Assembly: GCA_973895155.1 (NCBI GenBank)
Contig: OZ316899.1
Span: 9,608,287-9,672,286 of the forward strand
Source: Marsupella aquatica
Lineage: Eukaryota; Plantae; Marchantiophyta
Reading direction: 5' to 3'
DNA length: 64,000 nucleotides
Shown here: piece after piece, positions 61,849 to 64,000 of the stretch
How positions within the stretch are numbered: position 1 is the stretch's first letter
Layout: every line of letters starts with the position of its first letter
Notes under the pieces: model-generated
Database searches by the model: none
The model's input: the letters and a program-made list of their open reading frames with translations, nothing else
Told to the model about the DNA's origin: nothing
Made by a program: the position numbers and the translations under genes

Positions 61849-61986
61849 TCGACTGCATTTGACTACACGGTCAGACATTGAAGAACAATAGAACATGTTG
61901 TGTTTTACAATGACAATCGACTGCATTTGACGACACGGTCAGACATTGAAGAACAATAGAACATGTTGTGTTTTACAATGACAATC
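61849..61986. repeat. Tandem duplication, 68-bp unit x2
   Basis: TCGACTGCATTTGAC(T/G)ACACGG...ACAATGACAA repeated with 1 mismatch. Confidence 0.9.
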
Positions 61987-62064
61987 TCAGGTTATAAAGA
62001 CTGCACACTATGTTAATAGAATATCTCATACAAAATTGTACCTCTGGTACCTTAAGACAATTTC

Positions 62065-62545
62065 ATTATCTTTTGGTTTGTTAAGCATAAAATTAGGTTA
62101 AGATCTCTTATGATAATAATGATTCATTAAGATACTGCTGTGATAGTATCTTGGTCTGTTAAGTGATGGTACATTAGGTACATCTCTCTAAACAATGTTA
62201 AGTAGAAAAGGTAAATTAAGTATATCTTACTATAAAAGCGCCAAGCGAAGCCTACTCTTAAGGGCCTAGGTTCTTTATCTTTTGGTTTGTTAAATACAAA
62301 AGTTAGGTTAAGTAACTCTTATGATAGTAATTATCAATGAAGATACTATTGTGATCTTGGTCTGTTATGTAGAAACAGTACATTAAGTATCTCTCTCTAA
62401 ACAATGCTAAGTAGAAAAGGTACATTAAGTATCTCTCCAAACAATATTAAGTAGAAAAGGTCATTAAGTATATCTCTCTAAACAATGTTAAGTAGAGAAG
62501 TTACATTAAGAATATTTTACTATAAAAGTGTCTATTCTTAAAGGA
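62065..62545. repeat. Degenerate tandem repeats (roughly 40-bp unit inside a larger duplication of about 210 bp)
   Basis: TACATTAAGTATCTCTCTAAACAATGTTAAGTAGAAAAGG recurs 4-5 times; TTATCTTTTGGTTTGTTAA recurs near 62066 and 62275. Confidence 0.75.
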
Positions 62546-63099
62546 CTAGATGTAGAGATCTCTATACCTTAACTTCCAATACAACCAACTCGAACCTACT
62601 CGTAAGGGCCCAGGTCTAGAATGAAGCCTTTAGATGGTAAGGCCCAATACAAACAAAACTGATAATGAGATTCAATAACTTAAACATTTTAAATGAAGAT
62701 GACATTACCCTTTAAAAGACAATTGAAATGAGCATGGACAAAGACTAACCAAAATAATATAGGAAATTTATTGTACAAAGATTGAGATGAGTATGGACCA
62801 AAAATAAAGAATGAGACATAGACAACCAAAATAACATAATTTTTTTATTGTAGAATATTTTCATTCATATCTATTTAAGTTAATAGGTCATGGGGCTAGT
62901 CTCCCTAAACAATGTTGTCAAGTCTACTTTAGGCAGTTTTAGTATTATCCATGTTTAGGTACACGACAAAAGGTTTTTACGTTAATTTTCCACCAGGCAT
63001 TGACAAGCGTAAGAGGTAATGCCAAGACTAACATTAGGGGATAGTTATTAAAAAATTCCAAGTCAATGGGATTGAGACACATTAATTATTCAGGGCTAA

Positions 63100-63440
63100 A
63101 ATTATGAAAGTGTTTGATTCCATATACAACATATGCACAACTAACATTTCCTCCTGGGAGGTTCTTTATATAGATGTGGGGTAGGAACATTGGGTATCAA
63201 CCCAAACCTGGAGCTAACATAACTCAGGTGTAACTCAGGTTTAAGGTAAGGTTTAGTTTAGGTTATAACACTCCCCCTTGGATGTTACATGTCAAGGGAA
63301 TGTTGCATCCATCTTAAGTAAATTAAACCTGGAATGGTTCCTATCCTTGTTAGTCTATCAGTTTGTGTGTAATTATTTATGCATATAGGGATGTAACCTC
63401 ATCAAAACCTCCTTGCTTTCTTTAGGAGGAAAGAGTGTCA
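63100..63440 (-). mobile_element. Possible decayed Ty1/Copia 3' end (RNase H tail, PPT, LTR start at 63270)
   Basis: Minus strand AAGGGGGAG|TGTTA, a faint YIP...TD.LT...RFNLL remnant upstream, and TATATAAA downstream. The LTR end was not located. Confidence 0.45.
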
Positions 63441-63559
63441 CCATTCATATTAGCTTTATGTAAGTTTATAATTTCTAAGTGTTCTGTAATTGGTCCTATG
63501 TTTACTCGTGGGAGTAGAAGCGACTTTGCTGTGTGTGTCTTCAATCTTGTGTATGTATG

Positions 63560-64000
63560 TTGTAGTAGAAAGTTCTTTACCTCTGCTATTATAGCCTTAA
63601 GCTGCTCGGTAAGAGCTACGATGTTATCTGGCGTTTTAGCTTCTAGCTTGACTTTCAACTTCCCCCTCCTTCTACCCTTCTTTTTCCGAGATTTTTCTTC
63701 TTCAGAACTAGAAGATGACTCACTCTTGCTACTTCCACTATCCGAGCTTGAGTTATCACTTCTTGACTTCTTAGAATGTTTCTTTTTCTTATCTTTTTTC
63801 TTATGGGGTGATCCTTCCTCCGATGAGGAACTCTCAGACTTGAGCTGTTTCTTCCGGCTTGTGATGTCCGCATTAATGTATAATTGAATATCTCTAATTG
63901 CCTCGGCTAAAGTCTCTGGGTTCTCCTTCCTAATTGCAAAACTCATCTTCTGTGGCAAAGCATTCACCAACCATTGAAGTTGCATACCTTCAGATGCATT
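63560..64000 (-). pseudogene. gag: Gag fragment of the G1/G4 lineage
   Basis: LQWLVNALPQKMSFAIRKENPETLAEAI plus a Ser/Lys tract aligns with G1 LAWFVASLPKKMGVSVRQAHPNTLEEAI and G4 LTWFLHGLPTNMQFWVRQNNP. Confidence 0.75.

Noticed and set aside
62065-62545. CRISPR-like array
   Set aside because: Head-to-tail degenerate repeats without unique spacers, in a eukaryotic context with no cas genes.

Overview
Eukaryotic, plant-type repeat DNA with spliceosomal introns, CACTA elements, Ty3/Gypsy elements and telo-boxes; a non-seed land plant is my guess, not proven. I found no host gene. The window is a stack of nested transposons whose boundaries can be fixed by target-site duplications (TSDs). (1) 1-8572 is the 5' half of a minus-strand non-chromovirus Gypsy element. 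Its LTR is interrupted by a 4.7-kb solo LTR (3755-8470, TSD GTTTT), and an inverted LTR of the same family lies at about 9479-11315. (2) 11316-19566 is a decayed plus-strand Gypsy element with the order gag-PR-[DNMT3-like C5 DNA methyltransferase]-RT-RH-INT-[PHD finger]. (3) CACTA-A (20917-54766, TSD CCA) contains a full-length Gypsy element (21937-45765, TSD CTCAC, 4-kb LTRs), whose 3' LTR in turn contains CACTA-B (22382-32041, TSD ACT). (4) The rest is a related solo LTR (54773-59139, TSD CATCT), three MITE-like inserts, tandem repeats and retroelement fragments. Three results stand out. Both CACTA elements carry a conserved SET-domain exon inside the first intron of the transposase, apparently spliced as an alternative onto transposase exon 1. 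Several Gypsy families carry a complete gene of about 890-1150 aa (N-terminal domain + PMD/Transposase_32-like domain + coiled coil) inside the LTR itself, with its own TATA box. One Gypsy element carries a DNA methyltransferase and a PHD finger. All of these copies have inactivating lesions, but the lesions differ between paired copies, so intact consensus ORFs can be rebuilt.
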